This document shows positions 20,067 to 29,253 of a stretch of DNA of 64,000 nt, piece after piece (the first letter of the stretch is position 1; each line of letters starts with the position of its first letter). Source of the DNA: an uncultured bacterium (GTDB lineage: Bacteria; Lernaellota; Lernaellaia; JACKCT01). A model generated the notes under the pieces. That model was not told where the DNA came from. It saw only the letters and a program-made list of their open reading frames with translations, and searched no databases. The position numbers were made by a program, and so were the translations under genes. The stretch is from NCBI GenBank assembly GCA_964591275.1, contig CAZQAE010000015.1, forward strand, positions 2,625 through 66,624. Direction: 5' to 3'.

Positions 20067-21566
20067 ATGCACCTGGCGATAGTCTATATGGGGCGCGAAA
20101 GCGTCGAACTCGAATATATATCCGCAACGCTCAAGCGCGCGGGCCATTTAATAAGTTTTGCTTACGATCCGGGCGCATACACCGCCATCGACAACGTGGC
20201 GAACATTCCTTTTCTCGCCGAAAAAATGTCGCGGAAGTCGGCTCTAATCTCCCGGATCGTTGCCGACAATCCCGATGCTCTGTTTTTTTTCACCGACAGC
20301 GATACCTATCAATGGTCCCTCGACATCGCGCGGCAGGTTCGGCGGCATCTCATTGCGCCGATCATCTTTGGCGGGCGTCATCCGACCTTCGCGGCCCATG
20401 CGGTTATGAAGCATTCCCTTGTGGACTATATCGTGGTCGGCGAGGCCGAGGAAACGCTTCCAGAGTTGTTGGACTTGATCGCCGGGCGAAGGAAAGCGGA
20501 ATCCGTGCGCGGCATCTATTATCGGGACGGCCAAAAGGTTTTGGAAACCGGATTGCGCCCGCCTCTGGCGAACCTGGACGAACTTCCCTTGCCGGACAAG
20601 GAACTTTTCGCCGCGGAAATCAACATTCGAGACGATTATATGCTCCTGGTCGGACGCGGCTGCCCCGGCTCATGCACATACTGCCGGGAGGGAACGCTTC
20701 GGCGAATGTTCGGCGGCAAATACATTCGACGCAGAAGCGTTGAGTCGGTCCTGCGTGAACTTGAAGTCATGAAAAACCGCTACGATTTTTCTTTTGTGAT
20801 GATCAATGACCCCGTTTTCTTTACCTCAAAGAAATGGACCCTGGAACTTCTGCGCGGCTACAAAAAGCGCATTGGCCTGCCCTTTCGCTGCTACGGCCAG
20901 ATCAAATACCTGGACGTCGAGCTTGTGCTGGCCTTAAAAAACGCGGGCTGTTACGGCGTGGAGTTCGGTTTGCAGACGACCAACGACGAGATGCGCCGCG
21001 ATATCCTCAACCGCCCGGAAACTCTCGAAGAAGCGAAAAAAGCCTTTGCCCTCTGCGACCGGTGGAGACTTCATTACGACGTCGATCACATTTTCGGGCT
21101 TCCCGGCGAGACGGACAAGGATTGCGTTGACGCCGCGCGCTTCTATGCCGACTGTGCGTTTCTCAACCGGGTGAAGGTCCATATGCTGGTGCATTTTCCC
21201 GGCGCGCCGATCATAGACATCGCCGAAAAGATGGGATTGGCGAGCGGCGAAGACAGGCGGCGAGCCGAGGAGGGCGAGGTTGGCGACATCTGCCGGACCG
21301 GCAGCGTCAATCGCCCGGATGTGCGGCGGCATGTTTTCGAGTGGAAAAATTTCTACAAGCTCATGCCTCTTTTCCCCAAAAGATTGTCGGGCTTCATAAT
21401 CGATCGGGGCGCAAACCGTCTGCTAGGAAATATTCCGCATTATTTTATGATCACGTTGCAAATTCTCGTGGCGATTCATGGTGGCGACTGGCGATTCTGG
21501 ATTTACATCAAGTATCATATTTTCCGTTTTCGCAGACATCGCCGATTTAAAGAAGGCCACGGATGA
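20067..21566 (+). CDS. B12-binding domain radical SAM protein
   Basis: IIFGGRHPT, VGEAEE, GRGCPGSCTYC, IFGLPGET. Confidence 0.9.
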   Translation: MHLAIVYMGRESVELEYISATLKRAGHLISFAYDPGAYTAIDNVANIPFLAEKMSRKSALISRIVADNPDALFFFTDSDTYQWSLDIARQVRRHLIAPIIFGGRHPTFAAHAVMKHSLVDYIVVGEAEETLPELLDLIAGRRKAESVRGIYYRDGQKVLETGLRPPLANLDELPLPDKELFAAEINIRDDYMLLVGRGCPGSCTYCREGTLRRMFGGKYIRRRSVESVLRELEVMKNRYDFSFVMINDPVFFTSKKWTLELLRGYKKRIGLPFRCYGQIKYLDVELVLALKNAGCYGVEFGLQTTNDEMRRDILNRPETLEEAKKAFALCDRWRLHYDVDHIFGLPGETDKDCVDAARFYADCAFLNRVKVHMLVHFPGAPIIDIAEKMGLASGEDRRRAEEGEVGDICRTGSVNRPDVRRHVFEWKNFYKLMPLFPKRLSGFIIDRGANRLLGNIPHYFMITLQILVAIHGGDWRFWIYIKYHIFRFRRHRRFKEGHG

Positions 21567-21680
21567 GTCAATTGCATCGGGCGCGTGATTGGGCGTATAA
21601 TTTGAGCAGCCGGAGAAAACAATGATTGAGAAGGATCCATCTGAGTTGGTTGGCAATCGGCCATATTTAAGGAGAGCGGA

Positions 21681-22394
21681 ATGACAAAACGCCGTGAAGA
21701 AAGAGTGAAGAAATTTTTCCTGGCCAAGATTGTGCTGACTTCAGGAGAGATCTTCGCCTACACGCAGAACCTTTCAATCAGCGGCGTGTGTTTTTTCAGT
21801 AATCATGAAATCCGCATCGGCGAGCAAGCCGACGTAATGCTCAGCGCGTCCGGCCTGTCGGGCATGCGTGTCAAAGGTCCCGTGGTTTGGAAAACAGACC
21901 TGCCCGCAACCTTCAAGGCGAAATACAAATATGGAATCGCTCTCGAAGAAGTTACGGAGGATTACAAGGAATACGTTGAAAAGACCATTGAACACACCAA
22001 AGAACGGGAGCGTAGAAAAAATCCCCGATTCGGCGATGTCCTCGTCATCGAAAATAAGGATGTCCTGGACCTGTTGGGCGCTAGCACTTTAAATATCTCC
22101 GCCGATGGCCTGTATATTAAAACGGCGAAAAAACTCAAGCAGGGCGATAAATACAATCTTCGTCTCGTCGGCCCGCAATTGGAACAACCTATAACCTGCG
22201 TGGGGCAGGTGGTCACGGTTTTCGACGCTCCCGATAATGACGAGGAAGCATTTTTCGGCGCCGGTTTGCGCCTGATGTCATTTGATGGAAAGTGCCGCGA
22301 GCATTTTGCCGATTATATCAAGGGACTGGAGGAATTACACCGCTTCCACTGGCCGCCGGAACTTGTGCCTTCCAAAAGGGATGAGGAATCCTGA
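21681..22394 (+). CDS. Tandem PilZ domain protein
   Basis: RREER..NLSISG and RRKNPR..NISADG c-di-GMP motifs; AAGGAG RBS. Confidence 0.85.
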   Translation: MTKRREERVKKFFLAKIVLTSGEIFAYTQNLSISGVCFFSNHEIRIGEQADVMLSASGLSGMRVKGPVVWKTDLPATFKAKYKYGIALEEVTEDYKEYVEKTIEHTKERERRKNPRFGDVLVIENKDVLDLLGASTLNISADGLYIKTAKKLKQGDKYNLRLVGPQLEQPITCVGQVVTVFDAPDNDEEAFFGAGLRLMSFDGKCREHFADYIKGLEELHRFHWPPELVPSKRDEES

Positions 22395-22489
22395 AACAAA
22401 AAGGCCTGGGGCAGCTCGACGTGGCGCGCCCGTCTATAAGACCTAATGGTCCGACGCCGCCCGTCGCCCGCAAGCCACTTCCTGTTTGG

Positions 22490-23569
22490 TTATTGGCAAT
22501 CCGCGCTTAGCTCGAAAAGCCCTGCGTCCATGGGGATGCTTCTCTTGCCGTCAACGACGACATAATAATTGCCAAAGGGCAGGCTTCCCAGCGAAAGTTC
22601 GTCGTGGCCCGGTTCATCAACGCCGTCCTCGGTTGACGAAAGCACGCACGATGCGGAACTCGCGTAGTCAGTCACAATCAGGATGTCCAGATCAATGGCC
22701 AGCGGTCCCGGCGTCCATGTCAGGGACAAGGTCATGTTATTGTCCCAGACCTCGAAAAAGTAGACGCTGTCGGGTGCGTCGTGGAGCCACTTTCCCCACC
22801 ACCAGGTTGTTATGCATGAATAATCCTCCAGAACATTTTGCTGCCAGAGGTTGTTGCCGCTTAAGGTTTCGCCGCAATACAAAACATCAAGGGCGCCATC
22901 CGGGCTGGCGACGCATTCATCGGTGTTTTCCAGACACATTCCCCAGAGGCCGCAGGGATAGCCGTCCGGGTCGCAGTGATTGAGCTGCTCGTTGCATTCG
23001 CCGCCGTCGCAATACAATCCGTTTGTACTCGGGCAGTCCGGCTCGTTGCGGCGCATGCACGAATCTGTTAGCTCGTCGCAATATTCCTCGCCGTTGCAAT
23101 AGGCGTCGTCATTGGGGCAGGGATCGTCCCCGTGCCGGCAGGTTCCGCCCTGACAGGCATCGGCGCCGTTGCACCACAACCCATCTTCGCACGAAGCGCC
23201 GTCGTCGTTGGTCCACGAGATTTCGGACAGACTAACATCGCAGACTTTGCAGGCGTTGCCGGGATTCACTTCACCGTCGTCAAAGCAGGTGTTGTTGATC
23301 AGGCAGCCCTCGCAGCCGGTGTTGTCGTCGTCTGCATCATCGTTAACATCGTCGTTGACGTCATCGTTCGCATCATCGTCCCAAAGATCGTCGTCGCCGT
23401 CATCACCCGCGTCGTCGTCCGGCAATGTCAGGTCATCGTCGGTCGCGGTGTCGTTGTCGTCGTTATCGTCGTCATCGTCGTCGCCTCCGCCGCAGGCGAC
23501 CGCGATTACGCCGACCGCCAGAATGAGGCAAAGGAGCATTGTGAGAACCCAACCATTAATCTTCATCAT
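22490..23569 (-). CDS. Asp-rich lipoprotein with Cys-rich repeats and PPC-like C-terminal domain
   Basis: Lipobox AVAC-GGGDDDD; C.DG.WCNG...C repeats; DLDILI..GNYYVVVDG. Confidence 0.8.
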   Translation of the reverse strand: MMKINGWVLTMLLCLILAVGVIAVACGGGDDDDDDNDDNDTATDDDLTLPDDDAGDDGDDDLWDDDANDDVNDDVNDDADDDNTGCEGCLINNTCFDDGEVNPGNACKVCDVSLSEISWTNDDGASCEDGLWCNGADACQGGTCRHGDDPCPNDDAYCNGEEYCDELTDSCMRRNEPDCPSTNGLYCDGGECNEQLNHCDPDGYPCGLWGMCLENTDECVASPDGALDVLYCGETLSGNNLWQQNVLEDYSCITTWWWGKWLHDAPDSVYFFEVWDNNMTLSLTWTPGPLAIDLDILIVTDYASSASCVLSSTEDGVDEPGHDELSLGSLPFGNYYVVVDGKRSIPMDAGLFELSADCQ

Positions 23570-23863
23570 TGATCACCTCTAAAAAGTCGGCGAACCGGGT
23601 CGCGAAAAATAAAACGCCACTATTTTTTACCATTGTTAGGGATGAAAATGAAGTCTTTAAAAAAATCAACAAAAAGTAAAAAACCGATCCCTCTGTGTCA
23701 ATAACAGTGAGACAAATTGTACAGGTGAATTTAGTGTATAATTCGAGGGCGTGAAGGAGAACTCGAATGAAGCCGGGCAATCCCCTCCGTTCGCCGATTC
23801 TCCCTGGGAGATTATCGGAATCTCTTAGGTAGCTCTAATGCCTCACGCGATGTCAAATCTCAG

Positions 23864-23892
23864 TTGACAAGGGGGGTGCGCCGGGGTATTGT
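23864..23892 (+). promoter_or_regulatory. Sigma70-like promoter
   Basis: TTGACA-17 nt-TATTGT. Confidence 0.6.
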
Positions 23893-23897
23893 CTGAG

Positions 23898-23993
23898 AGT
23901 GGCCTAGGGATAATCCTCATTACTCCTCGCAACCACAACCTGATTGCTACCCTCCCTCTGAGAAGCCAGGAAATTATGGCTTCTCCTTTTTTT
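23898..23993 (+). ncRNA. Candidate small regulatory RNA (~95 nt)
   Basis: Bounded by consensus promoter and intrinsic terminator; no ATG inside before the terminator; CU-rich anti-SD motifs CATTACTCCTC and ACCCTCCCTC. Confidence 0.5.
23960..23993 (+). terminator. Intrinsic terminator
   Basis: GAGAAGCCA-GGAAATTA-TGGCTTCTC then CTTTTTTT. Confidence 0.75.
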
Positions 23994-24072
23994 ATGCAAA
24001 ATTTGCCAATGAAGCTTCGTCTTTGGAACATAGGGCTTTCATCATCTGGTGCAATTGTTTAGTGTTGCGCCG

Positions 24073-25044
24073 ATGGAAGATGTGAATCAAAATAGCAAGA
24101 CGCCTGCAGGCGAAGCGCAAAGCAAAACCACCGGCCTGGCATACCGCTGGCTTCGCGCCGTCGGATTTTTTCGCGGCTTTCTTCTCGTCAGCCTGATCCC
24201 CGTGACCGCCGGTTCGGTCGCGGCGACGCATGGAAGCGGGCGACCTTTGGACTGGGGTCTGATGTTCGGCGCTCTTTTCGGCGCATGGTGCTACCATGCC
24301 GGCGCCAATCTTCTCAACGACTACTACGATCACCTTTCCGGCGCCGACGATATCAACGAAGTCCGTACCCCATTTTCCGGGGGCACCCGCGTCATTCAGG
24401 AAGGACTGCTTCCGGCCCGCTCTTTGCGTAATGCCGCGTGGATGGCCTACGGGCTGGGAAGCATCGTCATATGGATTCTCGCTTCGCGTATCGGCCCCGG
24501 CATTTACCTGCTGGCCGCCGTGGGCGTCGTGTCGGGCATATCCTATAGCCTTCGTCCTGTGTGGCTGGCGTACCGGGGCCTCGGGGAGATCGTGCTGGGC
24601 CTGAATTTCGGACCGATCCTGACCGCATACGGCGCCTACGCGCAAGTCGGACATGTCCCCATTTCGGTCCTGTGGATCGGAACGGCTCTTGGTTTATGGT
24701 CCGCGGCCATCATCACCGTCAACGAGATACCGGATTTCGTGGCCGACAAAGCCGCCGGGAAGCTGAACTTCGTGGCGCGCCACGGACGCAGCGCCGGTAT
24801 CAGGCTTTGGGCGACGCTGTTATTTGTCGCCGTGATGGTCATTGTCGTCGGCGCCGGAGCGGGGGTTATCGGTCGCTCGGGCTTTTTCGCCGTCGCCTTT
24901 TTGCCGATCATCTATCTCAGAAGCCGCGCGCCGGAATCCTGGACTCAGGATTTGGACCGCGTGGTGGTCGCCTGCCGTTTTACAATCATCGGGCACGCGG
25001 TCCTATGGATATTACTGTTGCTTATGTTTATAACGGCTTCGTAG
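24073..25044 (+). CDS. menA: UbiA-family prenyltransferase, MenA-like
   Basis: NLLNDYYDHLSGAD, FSGGTRV, YRGLGE, VNEIPDFVADKAAGK. Confidence 0.75.
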   Translation: MEDVNQNSKTPAGEAQSKTTGLAYRWLRAVGFFRGFLLVSLIPVTAGSVAATHGSGRPLDWGLMFGALFGAWCYHAGANLLNDYYDHLSGADDINEVRTPFSGGTRVIQEGLLPARSLRNAAWMAYGLGSIVIWILASRIGPGIYLLAAVGVVSGISYSLRPVWLAYRGLGEIVLGLNFGPILTAYGAYAQVGHVPISVLWIGTALGLWSAAIITVNEIPDFVADKAAGKLNFVARHGRSAGIRLWATLLFVAVMVIVVGAGAGVIGRSGFFAVAFLPIIYLRSRAPESWTQDLDRVVVACRFTIIGHAVLWILLLLMFITAS

Positions 25045-25103
25045 CGACGGGGAAAAACAAAAAAACAAAGGTTTCCATCGTGAAAAGTCCCAAGCGTCCG
25101 CGA

Positions 25104-26333
25104 ATGAAAATCCCGAAGATTGTCCCTGACGGAGCGATGGAAAAAGTCGCCCTGGGAACGCTCTTGATGAGAGATCCGCTTTTGCTGGGCCTTTTGTGCA
25201 TCTGGGTGCTCGCGACCAATTTTGCCTATTACGTCACGTTGGTCCCCTTTGGCCTCTTGCACCACATGCGCGATTCCGTCGGCATGTCCGAAGTGGCGAT
25301 GAGGCTCCCTCTGATCGCGCTGACGCTGTCGGGGATCGTTGCGGCCTTGATCTCTGGCCTTGTTTTCGACCGGGTTAAAAACACGAAGATTCGATTCGCC
25401 GTCATCGCCGTCATCGCCGCCCTGCTGGCTTTTATTGCCAAATTCAGCTTCGCGCTTAAAAGTCATTTTACAATTCTGTTCGCTGTCCTGGGCTTTTTGC
25501 TCGGAGTGCAAATCGTTTTAATCCTCGGTGTATTCGCCACGAACGTCCCCAGCCGCTTCAAGGGAATTTTCGGCGGCGCCGCAGCGGGACTGGCCTATCT
25601 GATAGCGAATATGGCTGTAGCTTTCAGCAGCGGCCCGGCAGGTTTGGGCGGGGTCAACATGGGTCTGGCGGCGTCGTGCGCGGCGGCGATTTTCCTTTTC
25701 TCCGGCATTATTAAGGCGCCCTACGAAGAGCCGCCCGGCGTCCCGGACGGAACCCTATTGAAGGCCCTCGTGGCGACCTTGCCGCTGGCTTTTCTGATAG
25801 CGGCGGACTCCTTCACCTTTTTGCCTCTGGGGCAAAGCGATTACGGTCCCAACCCTATCTTTTTCGGACCGGCGGCCTGGATGACCAACGGCATGTACCA
25901 TCTCCTGTTTTCGGTAGTGTGCGGATTGTATTATTACCGGTGGGGAAGACACAAAGTCGTCGCGGTTGCCGCTTTGGCGCTTCTGGTCTCGGCCATTGCC
26001 CTGTATCTCAACCTCGACAAGGATATGACGAAAGTTATACATCCTCTGTATTCCATGTCCGTTGGCTGCTACACCGTTGCGCTTTTCGCCATGTTCGATG
26101 AGATCGTTCCGGCAAAGCGTCCCATGCTGGGCATCGCCCTTTGCATGATTTTGGCGGGGTGGATCGCCAATCCCTTTGGCGTCGGCCTTTCGCAGTGGGT
26201 GTCGTCGACATACGGCCTGCGCACATTGCATATCGTTGCCATCATCGCGGCGGCGCCCGTGTTTCTGGCGACGCTGGTGCCGATTGTGCTCGCGATGAAA
26301 GCTAAAAGATTGGATGTCGGCGCGACGGATTAA
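25104..26333 (+). CDS. MFS-like multi-pass membrane protein
   Basis: About 12 hydrophobic segments, GLVFDRV motif; true start after the menA stop (25104 or 25137). Confidence 0.7.
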   Translation: MKIPKIVPDGAMEKVALGTLLMRDPLLLGLLCIWVLATNFAYYVTLVPFGLLHHMRDSVGMSEVAMRLPLIALTLSGIVAALISGLVFDRVKNTKIRFAVIAVIAALLAFIAKFSFALKSHFTILFAVLGFLLGVQIVLILGVFATNVPSRFKGIFGGAAAGLAYLIANMAVAFSSGPAGLGGVNMGLAASCAAAIFLFSGIIKAPYEEPPGVPDGTLLKALVATLPLAFLIAADSFTFLPLGQSDYGPNPIFFGPAAWMTNGMYHLLFSVVCGLYYYRWGRHKVVAVAALALLVSAIALYLNLDKDMTKVIHPLYSMSVGCYTVALFAMFDEIVPAKRPMLGIALCMILAGWIANPFGVGLSQWVSSTYGLRTLHIVAIIAAAPVFLATLVPIVLAMKAKRLDVGATD

Positions 26334-26370
26334 AAAGCTTTAGTCCTTGGCGAACGAGACACGCGCGCAT

Positions 26371-27354
26371 TCAATACTTATAGGGCTTTCTCGGACGGGG
26401 CGCCGGGTGTTTGTCTTTCGGCTCGCCTTCGGGGCGTGTTTTCCAGCGGCGGTGCATCCAGACCCATTGATCGGGGTGCAGCCGGATGTGATCGCAAAGC
26501 GATTCGTTCATCATTTCCGTATATTTTTGTATATCGGCTTTCATGTCGCCGCTCTGGGGCCTTATGAGGGGAGGGTGAATGTGCACGACGAATTTGCCGT
26601 CAGGCCTGCGGTAATTGAAGCAGGGGTGAATGTCTTTTTGCGCCATCAGGGCCAGGTATGCGACGCCGGAAGGCGTTTTGGCCGGGACACCGAAAAAGTT
26701 GGCGAACACGCTGCGCACTCTGGTGTCCTGATCAATCAGCAGGCCCAGGAGTTCGTTTTTGGCAAAGACGTTGGCGATATCCGCCACCAGTTCATCCCCA
26801 CCACGAGTCATGGGCACGTAGCCATTTTTCAGTCGATGATCGTTTAGCAGCTTGTCCAGCCGAGGGTCGTAAAGGTTGCGCACGACGGTGTTGCACTTAA
26901 ATCCGCACTTGCTGACCGTGGCCACCATCAGCTCCCAGTTGCCGATATGCCCGGTAAAGGCCATGGCGCCGGTCCCCTCGTTTTTCACCGCATTCTCAAA
27001 ATGCTCGATGCCTATCACCTCAATGTAGGAGTCGGCGCGGCCCAGGGTGGCGAAGATGTCGTCGAAGTGAAAGATTTCAAAAAATCCGCGCCCCAGGCTC
27101 CGAAGGGATTCTTTGCCGATGGCCAGAAGTTCCTTATCCGACTTTTCCGGAAAGGCAAGCTTTAAATGGACCATCGCGCAATTGCGCTCGTAGGGCAAAA
27201 GATGCCAGGCCGCGCCGCCAATGGCCGCGCCGATTTTCAGGCCGATGTTCAGCGGGATGCTTTTGGCGATAAACATCGTGGCTCTTGCGGCATAAAAAAT
27301 GATGTTGTTTTTCACCTTTTGCAGCGACTTGGACTTCTTTGCTTTTTTCCCCAT
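26371..27354 (-). CDS. LpxL/HtrB-family lipid A (lysophospholipid) acyltransferase
   Basis: HIGNWE, LIDQD, FFGVPA, HPDQWVWMHRRWK. Confidence 0.92.
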   Translation of the reverse strand: MGKKAKKSKSLQKVKNNIIFYAARATMFIAKSIPLNIGLKIGAAIGGAAWHLLPYERNCAMVHLKLAFPEKSDKELLAIGKESLRSLGRGFFEIFHFDDIFATLGRADSYIEVIGIEHFENAVKNEGTGAMAFTGHIGNWELMVATVSKCGFKCNTVVRNLYDPRLDKLLNDHRLKNGYVPMTRGGDELVADIANVFAKNELLGLLIDQDTRVRSVFANFFGVPAKTPSGVAYLALMAQKDIHPCFNYRRPDGKFVVHIHPPLIRPQSGDMKADIQKYTEMMNESLCDHIRLHPDQWVWMHRRWKTRPEGEPKDKHPAPRPRKPYKY

Positions 27355-27570
27355 GGGTCTCCCAATTTTTCTTTAGTTCTTAATGAAGCTTTTTTCTTCC
27401 GCGCTTCTGGCGCTCTCCATTACGCAGAATAGGGATGATCCGGCAGATTCGCAATATCACAAATGATACGGCCTGCCCACAAAAAGAGCATTTCGAGGAG
27501 AAAAACGCCGCTCAAAACCGCTATCTATGAGAAGAGATTGTGTGCAAGCGCAGAAGCGGATTACAAGCAA

Positions 27571-28848
27571 CTAACGAACGCAGCTCACCCGAAGATCAAG
27601 TGCTTCATCCACGTTCACGATCTCACCGGAACTAAATTCGAGGGCCCATATTTTGCCGGGAAGGTCTGAAACACCAGACAATGACCAATACCAATCCTTG
27701 TAGCCCGACATTTCTTGAGGCCAGTATCGCCCTCCCGAACCCGGACCCTCCTGAAACGGGCATCCGTCACATGCGGAGTCTCGGCAATTTCCAAGTTGCA
27801 GACATTCATCGGTCACGCCGCATTCGCCACCCGTCTCTGCGGCGGGACATCCACGCACAAGGCTGCGCAATTCCGAAATCGTGGGAAGCCGCCAATTAGA
27901 ATAACCGTCCCAATCCAGAATTTGACAGTAAAGCTGAGCGTCCGAGTGATTATATGATTCCGTTCCGACTGATAAACCGGTCATCCATGTAAATCCCGAT
28001 TCTGAATCGATCCAACGGTCAATGGGGCACCCCCTGACAGCATTAGTCGTATTTGCGTAGCAATACCTGTCAACGGGATTAAACTCCCACCAACTCCCAT
28101 TAAACCGGGCCGCAAAAACATCCCACTGCGTCGCGGAAGTGCCGACGGGCATGTGAAACTCCCGGTAAGTATCTGACGTCGTCGCCACCACTTTTAAATT
28201 CGCAGAATTGGACATCTGATAACAGGGGGGATTGCAACTCATATGGTTCGAATAATCATGAACAAGGATATGATAATCGAGATCGATCATCGGCTCCCAA
28301 ATCATAATGGTTTCCGGTCCATAGCTCGACGTATCGTCCAGCGTCAAAGCGAATTGGTTATAACAGCCATGTCCGATGCCTACGTCGGGATAAAAAAGGT
28401 GAAATGGATTTTGATCTTCGCAACCATCGTGAGGCGCCCACATGTGGAGATCGAGATCAGAAGGAGAAGCTCCCCATGTCAGATCGATACGCATGACGCC
28501 CGGAGGCACTGAGGCCGTACTCGTCGTGGTCGACGTTGATGTCGTGGTCGTCGTAGTTGATGTTGTAGCAGGTGTAGTACTGGTGGTTGTGGTGGGAGGA
28601 ATGGAATCGTCGTCGTCCACATCGTCGTCGTCCACATCGTCGTCCACATCGTCATCGTCCACATCATCATCAACGTCGTCATCGTTCACATCATCATCAA
28701 CGTCGTCATCGTTCACATCATCATTCACATCGTCGTTAGCGTTGTCATCGCTCTGCTCTGATTTTGTCGAAGGGGCATCACCGCACGCCGTGACAAATCC
28801 CAGCGAAATAATGAAAACTGAAATTAACACCCATTTCCAAATTTTCAT
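27571..28848 (-). CDS. Asp/Thr-rich lipoprotein with YfaP-like and DUF1566 (Lcl C-terminal) domains
   Basis: Lipobox VTAC; Asp and Thr tracts; DLDLH..DDTSSYGPE; WRLPTISELRSL..YWS..VSCVR. Confidence 0.82.
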   Translation of the reverse strand: MKIWKWVLISVFIISLGFVTACGDAPSTKSEQSDDNANDDVNDDVNDDDVDDDVNDDDVDDDVDDDDVDDDVDDDDVDDDDSIPPTTTTSTTPATTSTTTTTTSTSTTTSTASVPPGVMRIDLTWGASPSDLDLHMWAPHDGCEDQNPFHLFYPDVGIGHGCYNQFALTLDDTSSYGPETIMIWEPMIDLDYHILVHDYSNHMSCNPPCYQMSNSANLKVVATTSDTYREFHMPVGTSATQWDVFAARFNGSWWEFNPVDRYCYANTTNAVRGCPIDRWIDSESGFTWMTGLSVGTESYNHSDAQLYCQILDWDGYSNWRLPTISELRSLVRGCPAAETGGECGVTDECLQLGNCRDSACDGCPFQEGPGSGGRYWPQEMSGYKDWYWSLSGVSDLPGKIWALEFSSGEIVNVDEALDLRVSCVR

Positions 28849-29253
28849 GGATTCCTCCATTTATAATCTTATGCATTATACCAGGATTATTTGGCGAAGG
28901 GAAACGCCTGGTGAGCCGCTTTTCTTTTGGGAGCGTATCAGGGCACAAGGGCCGGGGCCTGATAACGGTCGCCGTCAAACGTAACGTGAGCATTGTCGCG
29001 AAATGCGATGCCCTTTCTTGCTATTGGCTGTTTGTCCTTTTAATATCTCTTCTGCAGGTGTCGGCTCAAAAGTGAAGCGGTCGGCGGCAAGTCCGAAACC
29101 GTTCAAAATGTGCGACACTCAATGGAAATTTCCCGTCTTGCGGCCAGGAGGCTTTAAGCCGGGAGAAAAGTGCGCCGGATTAGAAAAAAAAGGATTATAT
29201 TAATTCAAAATTCGCCGGAATTTGAACCGGCCATGCGGCGCGAGGGGTTCTTG

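Noticed and set aside
24073-25044. Prenyltransferase as the enzyme modifying terminal CC/CXC motifs
   Set aside because: It is a UbiA/MenA-type membrane enzyme, unrelated to protein prenyltransferases
24561-25103. N-terminal 180 aa of the 590-aa ORF
   Set aside because: Overlaps menA in another frame; Arg-rich nonsense, real start follows the menA stop
27571-27720. DUF1566 C-terminus as a diversity-generating retroelement target
   Set aside because: No template repeat or reverse transcriptase seen in the window
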